DNA from: Thermoplasmata archaeon
GTDB lineage: Archaea; Thermoplasmatota; Thermoplasmata; Lutacidiplasmatales; UBA184
DNA: 64,000 bases
NCBI GenBank assembly: GCA_022750155.1
Contig: JAKIWG010000005.1
Span: forward strand, 34,465-98,464
Reading direction: 5' to 3'
The notes under the pieces were generated by a model. That model was not told the origin of the DNA, ran no database searches, and saw only the letters and a list, made by a program, of their open reading frames with translations. Position numbers and translations under genes: made by a program. Below, one piece after another: positions 27,301 to 35,555 of the stretch (position 1 is the first letter of the stretch; every line of letters starts with the position of its first letter).

Positions 27301-28559
27301 CCGGGTTCACACTGGGAGGAGCCGGCGCGGGCGCCCTCAATACGACCGTCCAGATCGTCGGCTCCGGGTCGATCGAGGGACTGGCGGTGAACTTCCAGGC
27401 GCCGTCCGTCGCCGCCTCGCCGGCGGCGGTCGACGTGGGCTACCTCATGCATGTGATCGCCTTCGCGAACGGGACGGGACCGCTCCACTACAAGTACTCG
27501 GGCCTGCCGACGGGCTGCTCCACCCGAAGCGTCCCGTCGCTCCCGTGCACCCCGAGCGCCGCGGGCAACTTCTCGGTGACCGTGCTCGTGACCGATGCCA
27601 CCGGCAACTCGCTGCGCTCGACGCCGGTGAAGATTGCGGTCGTGCCGGCCCCGGCGATCCGCTCGTTCGTCGCTTCGTCGCCGGACTTCACCCTCGGAAG
27701 CTCGACCTCGCTGACGATCGTGGGCGGGGGCGGGGTCGGGACCCTCTCCTATGCGTTCCTGAACCTGCCGGTGGGTTGTACGACTTCCGACGCCCCGTCC
27801 CTCGTCTGTGCCCCGACCCAGACCGGGACGTTCACGGTCGAGGGGGAGCTCAGCGACGGTCTCGGGGTGTCGAGTTTCGCGAACCTCTCGTTCACCGCTG
27901 AACCTGCGCCCACGATCACCTCGTTCACGGCGACCCCATCGACCGTGACCGTGGGGATCAACGCCACCTTCGTCACCCTCGTGGGGGTGCCGAGCGGAGT
28001 GTGGAGCTATGCGTACGCCGGGCTACCGGCCGGGTGCGGGACCCCCTCCACCGCCGCGTTCGCCTGCGCGCCCAGCCAAGCCGGCGCGTTCCAGGTGAAC
28101 GTCACGGCGACCGACCACCTGAACGCCAAAGCGACGGCCTCGGTCGTGCTCCAGGTGAACGCGCTCCCGGCGATCTCCTCGTTCTCGGCCTCTCCCGCGA
28201 GCGTGGTGCTCGGTGCGAGCGTCCAGTTCAGCGCGACGGCCGTGGGGGGTACCGGCCCCCTGACGTTCGACTACTCCGGCCTGCCGGCCGGGTGCTCCTC
28301 GGTCAACGGGACCTCGCTCAACTGCACCCCAACCGCGGTCGGCTCGTTCACGGTCACCCTCCACGCGCACGACCAGTTCGGCCGCGCCACGGCGAGCAGC
28401 CTCACGCTGACGGTCACGATGCAATCCACGTCGCCGACCTCGCCCTCCGGCTCGTCCAACAACGACACCCTCTACCTCATCATCGCGCTGCTCATCGCCC
28501 TCGCCATTGTCGCCGAGGTCGTCATCCTGCTCCGCCGCCAGGCGCGGAAAAAGACATGA
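24321..28559 (+). CDS. Giant surface (S-layer-like/adhesin-like) glycoprotein, C-terminally TM-anchored
   Basis: ORF 24138..28559. ATG 24321 gives 'MRVGSLAP...SVGIVLLLLVSSVALASP', which is signal-like; the start is uncertain by a few tens of nt. The order of parts is: an N-terminal beta-rich domain, then about six ~85-aa B-repeat-like modules ('TFSGWQTSG', 'FASWKTSG', 'FAQWTYG', 'FLRWRSN', ...), then four Cys-pair Ig-like modules, then a Ser/Thr linker. The TM 'LYLIIALLIALAIVAEVVILL' is followed by 'RRQARKKT'. Confidence 0.8.
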   Translation: MRVGSLAPRVAPVASRHAPRVRGPSDRQRSVLSSVGIVLLLLVSSVALASPVRDVSVPSSAAASWPGHQPAPVPATGPMAPSVGASRPSSHPMVAAVDGPRFAFWGSAHSPPGAPALFGPPGPSGGGTRANCGVASTLLLPATYSPASCFGSDEAGLQFYSPLRGSGGNVTWNLTLPVDASATQNQSDLYAAAWVAMTLASPDAWMHECLLEVQFYPDHSWVRPLTTTPGSWAAAAVGWKIDPATGVEDTCFYSPLYQSGVSGQYLSLTQGDNLNVTFQGWPGSAGGERVSVEDLTSGNSSGLQIYNATGGYPLDPAYASSIVPNSLSWSSDGQLPVSFGLAIGRGANPTIPSNGSAGGCSPGLPPSAPADPAVPCPSYDPSSWSNDTLVPWNVASPTFFNASARDSPVQVAFTSSVGGSGSLIDRSNSTCTGRVGSSYCTYPWFSYTCAFNTFEFGATDYPAVSVDFGQSLQYATNPVESAGLMPYFPPTNFSTPGCGTGVGVTVTFNASSGSVEFLSHLYGSTPVGLQHVPPGSYSLSYHPASGSTFSGWQTSGSVSVTDRTSPSTTLVVVGTGAVYPILRAGAVFRSFQYVGGTPGGAVEIAPSLPTNSTAPVYLTSGNSTLLTPDSYTVQALPPLGTCFASWKTSGPSDALASPTLPETQLTFPAGAPTFVLTASYVACAGLVNVELGTHGNGTVTLNGSSTTYNATTRNGTADISVVAGAYALTATPARTWQFAQWTYGPSAMLTNFTNTTWVTLEPGAATLTATFAATIVLVDNPANGGGISLNESSVYDNGTVVLLPPGVYSFDAVPSGGYSFLRWRSNDALHLWVLRPRSLVTLVQVNASATLTATFVTKVNNTVQFNVVPAGAGEIRFNVQDLYTTLTINSSVANGSYLLSVFETYGYRFVGFAASGPVSVGGGFLSVTGTGGTLTAKFVLRLFPVTFIALPPSALGAKINGTSLLSGGTAHLALGTYSLNATLSAGSTWVGWVTGFTLGGAGAGALNTTVQIVGSGSIEGLAVNFQAPSVAASPAAVDVGYLMHVIAFANGTGPLHYKYSGLPTGCSTRSVPSLPCTPSAAGNFSVTVLVTDATGNSLRSTPVKIAVVPAPAIRSFVASSPDFTLGSSTSLTIVGGGGVGTLSYAFLNLPVGCTTSDAPSLVCAPTQTGTFTVEGELSDGLGVSSFANLSFTAEPAPTITSFTATPSTVTVGINATFVTLVGVPSGVWSYAYAGLPAGCGTPSTAAFACAPSQAGAFQVNVTATDHLNAKATASVVLQVNALPAISSFSASPASVVLGASVQFSATAVGGTGPLTFDYSGLPAGCSSVNGTSLNCTPTAVGSFTVTLHAHDQFGRATASSLTLTVTMQSTSPTSPSGSSNNDTLYLIIALLIALAIVAEVVILLRRQARKKT
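27399..28418 (+). repeat. Four tandem ~85-aa Cys-pair Ig-like (He_PIG/PKD-like) domain repeats inside 24321..28559
   Basis: The repeated protein pattern is 'Y.Y.GLP.GC......L.C.P...G.F.V.V...D..G'. The four copies carry 'YKYSGLPTGCSTRSVPSLPCTPSAAGNFSVTVLVTDATG', 'YAFLNLPVGCTTSDAPSLVCAPTQTGTFTVEGELSDGLG', 'YAYAGLPAGCGTPSTAAFACAPSQAGAFQVNVTATDHLN' and 'FDYSGLPAGCSSVNGTSLNCTPTAVGSFTVTLHAHDQFG'. Confidence 0.8.
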
Positions 28560-28784
28560 GGGGCCCCCGCAGCCGGTCCTCCCGTGGACCCTCCGGCCCG
28601 CTTCTCTCGGAACTGCTTGGCTCCCGACATCGCGAGGGCGGTCCGACCGCACCCCTCGGTGCGTAGGGATGCCGACCCCCGGGTCGACGGCGGCCCGCAC
28701 GCGCCGGGGCCCGTTGGTTCGCGCGCCGGACCGGAGCGGAGGAGAGAGTTCTCCCTCCGCCCGGCCTGAGGCAGAAGGTATCCT

Positions 28785-31175
28785 GTGAGCCCAGCGGACG
28801 AGGCCTCGGCCGACCCCCCTCGCGGCGCCTCCTCGGCGGCGGGAGCGCTTGCCCGCCGGTTCCTCGGCTGGCTAAGGACCCCAGAGGTCATGCTCCGTTT
28901 CCTCACCTCGCTGGTCCTCGCGGCAGGATTCGTCTCCCTCATCGACGTGTACGTCCACGGTCGGCTCCTCTACGGGGTGGACTACGTCGGGATCTACACG
29001 CCGGGCGGGTTTTTCCTCAATCCCTCGGTGAACTACGTCGTCCCCTCCCTCGCTTCCGGGCTCAGCTTCGGGGACATCTATACCGCGCAGTACCTCGGAT
29101 TCTTCGTCGACACGTTCCTCACGGTCTTCGCCTGCCAGAGCTTCACCCGAGAGCTGTTCCGCCCCAATTTCTCCCCCCGGGTCCTCATCCTCGTCGCCGG
29201 GCTTTCGGCCGGCCTCTACCTAGTCAACCCGTACAACATCACGTGGGGGCTGATCTCGCTCACCACGGCCGTCTACGTGAGCGACGCGGCGTTCTTCGTC
29301 GTCATGATGATGATCGTCCGCTTCGTCCGCACGGTGCTCCACGGAGGCACCTTCCGTCTCGTCGACGCGGCGATCCTCGGGCTGGCGGTCGGGTGTTCGG
29401 CGCCGGTGTCGTTCCCGAACGTGGTCCGGGTATTGGCCCTCGAGATGGCCGCCTTCCTGGTCGCCCTCGGGGCCGTCTGGTACTTCGGCACGCGGGACGA
29501 ACAGCGGGCCGCCGCGCGCCGCGGTCTGGTGACGGCGCTCCTCGGCGCCGCCCCGATCGCCGCGCTGCTCCTCGCCTACCCCGTCTACACCTTCGCCAGC
29601 GTGTGGGTGGCGCACCCCGGTGCCCTCACGTCGGTGGAGGGCAGTTTCAGCTCCACCCTGACCAACACGACGTACAACACGTTCGGCAACGTGGTTCGAC
29701 TGCTCTCCCGGCGCCAGTTCTACCGGTTCTCGTACTATCCCATGTATTCGGGGAACTCGGTGGTCGCGCTCGCGTCGTACCTGTGGCCAGTCCTCGCCGT
29801 GCTGGCTCCGCTCCTCCTCGCCGCCTTCCAGAAATCCCTCCCCGGACGACGGATGATCCTGACCGTCGAGGGGGTCGTCCTGGTCTGCGTCGTCTGGGGC
29901 AATCAGACGTTGCCCCCGTTCGGACCGATCAACCAGGTCATCCTCGGCCCGTTCCCCCTGATGTCCACGATCGTCCCGTCGTTCTTCCTGGAGGCCATCG
30001 TGGAGACGAAGCTCTACGCCGTGCTCGCCGCGTTCACCGTGGGGGTCGTCGCCACCCGAATGTGGTACTCTCCCTCGGCGGTTCCGGGGCCGGACACGCC
30101 TCCCGCGGGGGCCACCGATGCGGGAAGAGGGGCCGTTCCCGCCCCCACGCGGGCGCCCCCCTCGCCCCTGCGCCGCTGGGGCGGGGTCACGCTGGCCCTC
30201 GCCCTGGTCGGACTCCTGTTGCTCGCGGGCCTGCCGATCTTCGACGGCTCGGCCGAGGTCGACTCGATCGGAGAGTTCGTTCCGGGGTTCGTCGTCCCCC
30301 AGCCGTACTTCGATGTGCGCAACATCCTGCACTCCTCCGGAGGCAATGCGCTCCTCCTTCCGGCGGTCTCGCCGTACATCCAGACGGACTGGGGGTTCGA
30401 GGGGGCGACGCTGTTCTACCTGAGCTTCAACTACCCGAACAAGGTCGTGGTACCGGGGTTCTACGGCGCCTACCAGATCTACCTCCCGAGCACGTCGCAG
30501 GCGTATTCGAACGCCACGCGGCCCATCGGTCCGTCGAACACCACCGGGGTCGACCCCGGCACTCTCAGCCTAGTGGCGACGAACCTCCTGAACGGGTTTC
30601 CCAACTACAACTACCGCGTGGGACCGTCGATCAACGCCACCGGCCACCAGTGGGTGCAGCTCCGGCTGCACTACACCACACAGAACGCCTCCCAGGTCGC
30701 CTCGGTGCTCGGAGGGGGTTCGCTGTGGATCGGGTTGCGGAGCACGGCCAAGCAGCTCTCGAGCAGCGTCGGATGGTACGTGGTGGGTCAGACCTACGAC
30801 ACCGTCGTCCGACCGGTGGATTCGACGGACACCGTGGTCTCTCTGCTGATCGGAGAGCCGGCGAGCGGGGCGGGGTACGATCCCACGAACATCTCGGGCG
30901 TTTCGTTCTGGTTCCACGTGCCGGGCACCGTGGGGGCGCCGCTCGCGTTCACCCCGATCTCCCTGGCCAACGGAGGCAATTCGGTCGTATCGAGCACCTG
31001 GGTCGGCCAGATGGCCGCCTACGGGGTGCACTACGTGCTCATCGACCAGTCGATCGTTCGGGGGTCGACGGAACCCCGAGAGTATTCGAACGCGACGGTG
31101 GCGGCCCTGGAGGCGCAGGCGCTCGTGACCCCGGCGTACATTTCGCCCGAGCTGCAGCTCTACCGGATCGTCTGA
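28785..31175 (+). CDS. Large polytopic membrane protein, GT-C-like (divergent paralog D) with an extracytoplasmic C-terminal domain
   Basis: 796-aa ORF starting at GTG 28785; an alternative start is ATG 28890 ('MLRFLTSLVLAAGF'). It has more than 10 hydrophobic segments, a first loop 'LYGVDYVGIYTPGGFFLNPS', and a sequon-rich C-terminal ~330 aa. The layout is the same as paralogs A-C, but the sequence is much more distant. Confidence 0.55.
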   Translation: MSPADEASADPPRGASSAAGALARRFLGWLRTPEVMLRFLTSLVLAAGFVSLIDVYVHGRLLYGVDYVGIYTPGGFFLNPSVNYVVPSLASGLSFGDIYTAQYLGFFVDTFLTVFACQSFTRELFRPNFSPRVLILVAGLSAGLYLVNPYNITWGLISLTTAVYVSDAAFFVVMMMIVRFVRTVLHGGTFRLVDAAILGLAVGCSAPVSFPNVVRVLALEMAAFLVALGAVWYFGTRDEQRAAARRGLVTALLGAAPIAALLLAYPVYTFASVWVAHPGALTSVEGSFSSTLTNTTYNTFGNVVRLLSRRQFYRFSYYPMYSGNSVVALASYLWPVLAVLAPLLLAAFQKSLPGRRMILTVEGVVLVCVVWGNQTLPPFGPINQVILGPFPLMSTIVPSFFLEAIVETKLYAVLAAFTVGVVATRMWYSPSAVPGPDTPPAGATDAGRGAVPAPTRAPPSPLRRWGGVTLALALVGLLLLAGLPIFDGSAEVDSIGEFVPGFVVPQPYFDVRNILHSSGGNALLLPAVSPYIQTDWGFEGATLFYLSFNYPNKVVVPGFYGAYQIYLPSTSQAYSNATRPIGPSNTTGVDPGTLSLVATNLLNGFPNYNYRVGPSINATGHQWVQLRLHYTTQNASQVASVLGGGSLWIGLRSTAKQLSSSVGWYVVGQTYDTVVRPVDSTDTVVSLLIGEPASGAGYDPTNISGVSFWFHVPGTVGAPLAFTPISLANGGNSVVSSTWVGQMAAYGVHYVLIDQSIVRGSTEPREYSNATVAALEAQALVTPAYISPELQLYRIV

Positions 31176-31209
31176 GCCGCTCGCCCGCGCCGAGCCGACG
31201 CGGGGGCGA

Positions 31210-32811
31210 TCAGAGCCCATTTGAGGGACGGAGCCCCGCCGCTGGGGCTGGGTCGGGGGTCACGAACCGCTCGAGGAACCGGCGGAGCGCCGGAAGGGGC
31301 CGTCCGATGACGCGCTCCATCAGGCCCGCGATGACGAGGTCGCCGGGGTCGACGCTTCGCGTGAAGATGACCGCTCCGACGAAGATCCCCATTCCGACGA
31401 GGAACATCGGGAAGACCAGCCAGACCGGGTGGGTGAACCATCCGACGAGCAGGAACAGCGGGATCCCCGCGCCGCAGGCGAGCGTGAGGGGCAGTACGAG
31501 GGCGCGCCGGAACGGGGTGATGCCGTGGGCGACGTAGAGGGTGAGCAGCCCGACGGTGGGGTACAGGGCCCTCGCCACGGTCCAGGCCACCGCCGCCCCC
31601 AGGAGACCGTAGGTCGGGATGAGGGCGAAGCTCAGCACGATGTTCGCCGTCGCGGAGATGAACGTGGTCATGAGGAGCGAACGGGTCTCCCCGAGGCCGG
31701 CGAGCGTGGCGTTGACCGGACCCACCACCACGGAGACGAACGAGCCGACGCCCAGGATCGTGAGCGCGAGGGCCGCGTCCTCGTACCGAAGACCGAAGAC
31801 CGCACCGAGCGACTGGATGGGCATGAAACAGAACAACAGGAACATCGGGAACGTGAACACGAGCGTCCACCGCGTCGCCGTCGCGAACGTCGAGCGGATG
31901 GTCTCAAAGTCCCGCTCCCTCGCGAGGCGGGCCGTCACCGGCAGGTAGACGAAAGTGAGGGCGCCGTTCGCCACGAGCAGGAGGCGGGCGAGCGTGGTCG
32001 CCGAGGCGTAGAGCCCCACGGCCAGGGACGGCCGGTAGGCGCCGAGGATCAGGGTGTCGATGAACGCCGTGACGAAGGCGAGGGTGGTCACCCCCCACAG
32101 GGAGAGCGATAGCCCCCAGATCGTCGAGGGGATCGGCCCGGTGGCCACCCGCGTGTCGCGGGGCAGGAGTCGAGGGAGCTCCTTCGCGGTGTAGATGGCG
32201 AGGGCGGCGAGCGAGGCACCGCCGGCGACCACGTAGCCGAAAAGCGCCGAGGCGAATCCCAGGTGAAGGTAGAGGAACGCGAAGAAGAAGACGAGGAAGA
32301 GCGCAGGGTTGAGCACCTGGTTGAACCACGCGTTCGGTTTGACGTTCTCGAATCCCTGGAAGATCGACGCCAAGAACGTCGACATCAGCGTGAACCCGAT
32401 GGTGAAGGAGAACAGTTGGAACACCTGGGTCAGGATCACCGGGTGCCCGCTCGCGAACTCATCGGCGATCGGGCGCGCCAACAGGTAGGTCAGGGCCGAG
32501 ATCGCGACCGAGCTCGCCAAGGTGATCCCGAACCCCAGTCGGACGATCTTCCGGCGCATCCCCGGGTCCTTCTCGTAGGAGAGGGTCCGGGCCATCGCCT
32601 GGTGGAACCCGAGGAGCGCCACCAGGGAGAGGAATCCCGAGAGGGCGAGTCCGAGGCTGAAGATCCCCCAGTCGTCGATGGAGAACGCCTTCGCCACCGC
32701 GACGCGGCTGATGAAATTGAACGCGAGCAGGAGGATCGTGCTCACCGACATGACGGTGGTCCCACGGCCCACTGAGTCGAGGGCCTGAGAATACGACGCG
32801 GTCGGCTTCAC
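31210..32811 (-). CDS. Wzx/MOP-superfamily oligosaccharide (lipid-linked glycan) flippase
   Basis: Within ORF 31210..33096. GTG 32811 ('VKPTASYSQALDS...') or ATG 32751 are plausible starts. There are about 12-14 TM segments. The N-terminal 'ISRVAVAKAFSIDDWGIFSLGLALSGFLSLVALLGFHQAMARTLS' is typical of polysaccharide-biosynthesis (Wzx-type) transporters. A 'TTTATT' box on the minus strand lies at 32851-32856. Confidence 0.7.
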   Translation of the reverse strand: MKPTASYSQALDSVGRGTTVMSVSTILLLAFNFISRVAVAKAFSIDDWGIFSLGLALSGFLSLVALLGFHQAMARTLSYEKDPGMRRKIVRLGFGITLASSVAISALTYLLARPIADEFASGHPVILTQVFQLFSFTIGFTLMSTFLASIFQGFENVKPNAWFNQVLNPALFLVFFFAFLYLHLGFASALFGYVVAGGASLAALAIYTAKELPRLLPRDTRVATGPIPSTIWGLSLSLWGVTTLAFVTAFIDTLILGAYRPSLAVGLYASATTLARLLLVANGALTFVYLPVTARLARERDFETIRSTFATATRWTLVFTFPMFLLFCFMPIQSLGAVFGLRYEDAALALTILGVGSFVSVVVGPVNATLAGLGETRSLLMTTFISATANIVLSFALIPTYGLLGAAVAWTVARALYPTVGLLTLYVAHGITPFRRALVLPLTLACGAGIPLFLLVGWFTHPVWLVFPMFLVGMGIFVGAVIFTRSVDPGDLVIAGLMERVIGRPLPALRRFLERFVTPDPAPAAGLRPSNGL

Positions 32812-32995
32812 CCGTCGTCCCCCGTCGCACGGCGGCTCCGGTCCGGCGGTAATAAAGACACCGTCCTCGGGGGCGGTCTCGACCGGCCCGGTGGAGTGTG
32901 AACCATCGCCGTTCGCGTCGGGCTCCCCCCGCCGCGCTCCCGGTCGGGTTGGGCGGGGCCGGGCCCCACCCACGCGACGTCCGCGTCGCCGAGCC

Positions 32996-33002
32996 CAAAT
33001 AG
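32996..33002 (+). promoter_or_regulatory. TATA-like box for 33024..34070
   Basis: 'CAAATAG' is centred about 25 nt upstream of GTG 33024. Confidence 0.35.
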
Positions 33003-33023
33003 GGGCACCGGTAAGGGAGGCGC

Positions 33024-34070
33024 GTGACCGACTGGGACCGGGTCGACAAGCTGCGGGCCGAGGACCAGTCGTGGTCGGAGATCGCCGCCGACCCAAAGGT
33101 CGGCTTCTCCGCCGGCGCGGGCGCCGACCCTGGGCGAGCGCTCAAGACCATGTACCTGAGCCGACGGGCGCGCGGCAAAGGCGGCCGGTCGAAGAAGGAA
33201 CGGGCGGCGGCCGCGGCCGAGAAGGGATCGAAGCGGTCGTACCGTGGCATCGTCATCGCCCTGGTGGCCATGGGTCTCCTCGTCGGGTCGGTCTCCGGGT
33301 ATCTCATCCTCGTCCACCCCAATCCTCCGAGTTCGAATCTCATCACGTACTGCGGCGGGGAGGGCCAGGTCGAGCACTACCATATCCTCCTCATCATCAT
33401 CGACTCCGGGTCCCAGCAGCCCCTGCCCTACGTGCCGGGCCAGTTCGCGGACGTAGGGTACCTCGATCAGGCCGGGTTCACGAATCCGAACTACTACTGT
33501 CCGAACGCGGGTATCCATGCGCTCCACACCCACGATGGCTCCGGCATCGTCCACGCGGAGCTGCCGGGGTCGATCGTCGCGACCGGCGTGACGCCGACCC
33601 TCGCCGATTTCTTCACCATCTGGGGGGAGCCGCTCGACACCGGGCACGTGTGGTCGTTCAGCGGAAAGGTGACGGCGACGATGCTGGACCTCGACACCAA
33701 GGCGAAGACCGACTGGTCGTCGAACCCCGGCAAGATCCCCTTCTACGTCCCCGCCGGCGGGGGATTGGCCAATGCCTACACGATCCCGCAGACGTGGATC
33801 TTCAGCGGCCAGTACGGGAGCGGATCCTCCGCCAACCAGTTCGGAGGCGAGATGATCTGGTTGAACATCACCCCGTCGGCATCCCCGATCGCCACGTCGG
33901 TGGCCGCTCCGCACGGGGTCGGCCCAGCCGCTGCGCACCTTGGGCAGCCATTTTCGGGGCGATCTACCCCGGCGACACTGAGCCCGGGCGCTGCCTGGGG
34001 CGAGTTCGGGCTGCTTGGCTCCGCGGTCGCGCTTTCGGAGCCCGCGGCCACGCTTCGCCCGGTCGGGTAG
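33024..34070 (+). CDS. Single-pass membrane protein with a His/Cys-motif ectodomain (function unknown)
   Basis: 348 aa with a GTG start. The cytoplasmic N-terminus 'TDWDRVDKLRAEDQSWSEIAAD' is HTH-like. The TM is 'IVIALVAMGLLVGSVSGYLIL'. The ectodomain carries 'CGGEGQVEHYHILLIII', 'YYCPNAGIHALHTHDGSGIVHAE' and 'LADFFTIWGEPL'. I recall this HxH...C...HTHDxxGxxHxE pattern from uncharacterised secreted proteins. Confidence 0.6.
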   Translation: MTDWDRVDKLRAEDQSWSEIAADPKVGFSAGAGADPGRALKTMYLSRRARGKGGRSKKERAAAAAEKGSKRSYRGIVIALVAMGLLVGSVSGYLILVHPNPPSSNLITYCGGEGQVEHYHILLIIIDSGSQQPLPYVPGQFADVGYLDQAGFTNPNYYCPNAGIHALHTHDGSGIVHAELPGSIVATGVTPTLADFFTIWGEPLDTGHVWSFSGKVTATMLDLDTKAKTDWSSNPGKIPFYVPAGGGLANAYTIPQTWIFSGQYGSGSSANQFGGEMIWLNITPSASPIATSVAAPHGVGPAAAHLGQPFSGRSTPATLSPGAAWGEFGLLGSAVALSEPAATLRPVG

Positions 34071-34085
34071 TTCGCACCGACCCGG

Positions 34086-35480
34086 TCAGGTCGCGGATCT
34101 CGCGGCGGGTCGATGCCGACCGACGACCGGTGCGGAGGGGTGGCCCCCCATTGCCTTCGCGGTTCCGCTTGCTGCGTTCGCGACCGGGAACGGACCCGGG
34201 ACCGCCGGCGGGAGGGAGATGGCCGCGGGGGGTGCGGCCCCCTCGGTCGGAGCGGGTGACGGGACGCCCCGGGCCTCGACGCTCCACAGCAGCATCGACC
34301 CGACGCGGATCGGGGACACGGCGAACGCGATGGCAAAGGAGGCTAGCAGAAGGTGCTGCATCGACCAATGGAAGTAGAGCGCGGCCCCCAGCGGAGAATC
34401 GGGAGGGATCGCCCCCACCGAGGCGGGGTAGCCAAGATATCCGAGCAGCTCATTGAGGAATCCGCCGAGCCCGAGGTCGGTCAGGTAGGGCGGTACCCAG
34501 ATGCCCCAGGTAATCCCCGCGAGCAGCGCCAGCCCCCGCAGGGTGCGAATGGTAATGGTTCGGCTCCGGGCGATGACCACGTCGACGAACTCCCTCGGAA
34601 GCATCGCCGCTCCGATGGCCAGGCCGGCGAGCAGTTGGTGTTCGAACGTCCAATGATACCAGATTGCGGGCGGGGCTTCCGATGGCGGGAGCGTGATCCA
34701 CTCGACGAGCATGGCGAGCGACCAGGTGACCCCGGCGATCAAGAGCCCCAGTCGGATGAGTGAGCTGGCGTAGTAGCGACGGTCCCGGGGGGGGGGCACC
34801 GGGCAGGCGGTCCGGGCGAGTCGGATCGCCCGCTCCTGGATGATCAGTGCCGCTCCCACCACGACCAGCTGGAACACGGAGAGGTACCAGCTGTTCTCCA
34901 GGAGCTGTGTGAGGCTCGAGCCGCTGGTCGCCGCCACGACCGAGATCCCGGCGACGCTGGCGCAGCTGGTGCAGCAGCACGCGCCCAGGGTCGCGATCCC
35001 GGTGATCGCGGGGGCCGCCCCTGCCGCGGCCGCCGGGCCCACCCCCATCGACATCGTGCCCCGCCGTCGCGCGAACAGCCATTGGAACGCCCGGGAGTTC
35101 CCGAACACGAGCACGAGGGTTGCGGCGGTGGCGATCCCGACGGCCGTCGAGACGATCGCCATGGTGATCGTCGGGAGGAACGGCAGGTCGAGAACCCCCC
35201 ACTGCCCGACGACCACCAGGGCCGGATAATTCCACCAGCTGAGGGCCCCAGGGCCCGGAGTGAGGACCTCCCAGAAAAACGGGAGGTTCGTAGGGGCGAG
35301 CGTCAGCATTCCACCAATGAGCATCGAGATGAACAGATACGCGCCGGCCAGGGGAACGATGAGTACCCACGCTCGGGTGCTGCGCAGGATCGCGCGGGTC
35401 TCACGAAGGGTGCCGAGGGACAGGACCGAGCGCACGACCCCTGGCATGGGACCCCGGTTGACCAGCCCCGCCGGACTCAA
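34086..35480 (-). CDS. Polytopic membrane protein with an intramembrane CCC-x2-C cluster and CtaG/CopD-like 'HW.x.(Q/E)H.LL' motifs (putative copper handling)
   Basis: 464 aa with about 10-12 TM segments. 'ATLGACCCTSCASVAG' lies within a TM segment. 'WYHWTFEHQLLAGLAIGAAMLP' and 'LYFHWSMQHLLLASFAIAFAV' are repeated. From memory, they resemble the H(M/W)xQHLLL motif of caa3-type cytochrome oxidase assembly factor CtaG / CopD-like proteins. Confidence 0.45.
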   Translation of the reverse strand: MSPAGLVNRGPMPGVVRSVLSLGTLRETRAILRSTRAWVLIVPLAGAYLFISMLIGGMLTLAPTNLPFFWEVLTPGPGALSWWNYPALVVVGQWGVLDLPFLPTITMAIVSTAVGIATAATLVLVFGNSRAFQWLFARRRGTMSMGVGPAAAAGAAPAITGIATLGACCCTSCASVAGISVVAATSGSSLTQLLENSWYLSVFQLVVVGAALIIQERAIRLARTACPVPPPRDRRYYASSLIRLGLLIAGVTWSLAMLVEWITLPPSEAPPAIWYHWTFEHQLLAGLAIGAAMLPREFVDVVIARSRTITIRTLRGLALLAGITWGIWVPPYLTDLGLGGFLNELLGYLGYPASVGAIPPDSPLGAALYFHWSMQHLLLASFAIAFAVSPIRVGSMLLWSVEARGVPSPAPTEGAAPPAAISLPPAVPGPFPVANAASGTAKAMGGHPSAPVVGRHRPAARSAT

Positions 35481-35555
35481 ATCCTTTTCACACTAACGAG
35501 CCAATGGCCTCGAACCCCGCGGAGGCCCGATCCGGGAGCTTCGGGGGGTCTGGGG

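Noticed and set aside
24944-27901. 985-aa alternative-frame ORF inside the giant surface protein gene; similar cases are 29243..31537, 59344..60951, 59487..61385 and 61965..63170
   Set aside because: All are Arg/Gly/Pro-dominated with no domain structure. The accepted frames show signal peptides, repeated modules, sequons and TM anchors.
27399-28418. Tandem nucleotide repeats as a possible CRISPR array or satellite
   Set aside because: The periodicity is about 255-270 nt and exists at the protein-domain level, with divergent DNA. The region lies fully inside an ORF. No short direct repeats with unique spacers occur anywhere in the window.
13367-31175. Calling one of the GT-C-like proteins the oligosaccharyltransferase AglB/STT3
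   Set aside because: I found no WWDYG or similar motif, nor a DK/MI-type motif, in any of the four proteins. Their C-terminal domains do not resemble what I recall of the AglB peripheral domain.
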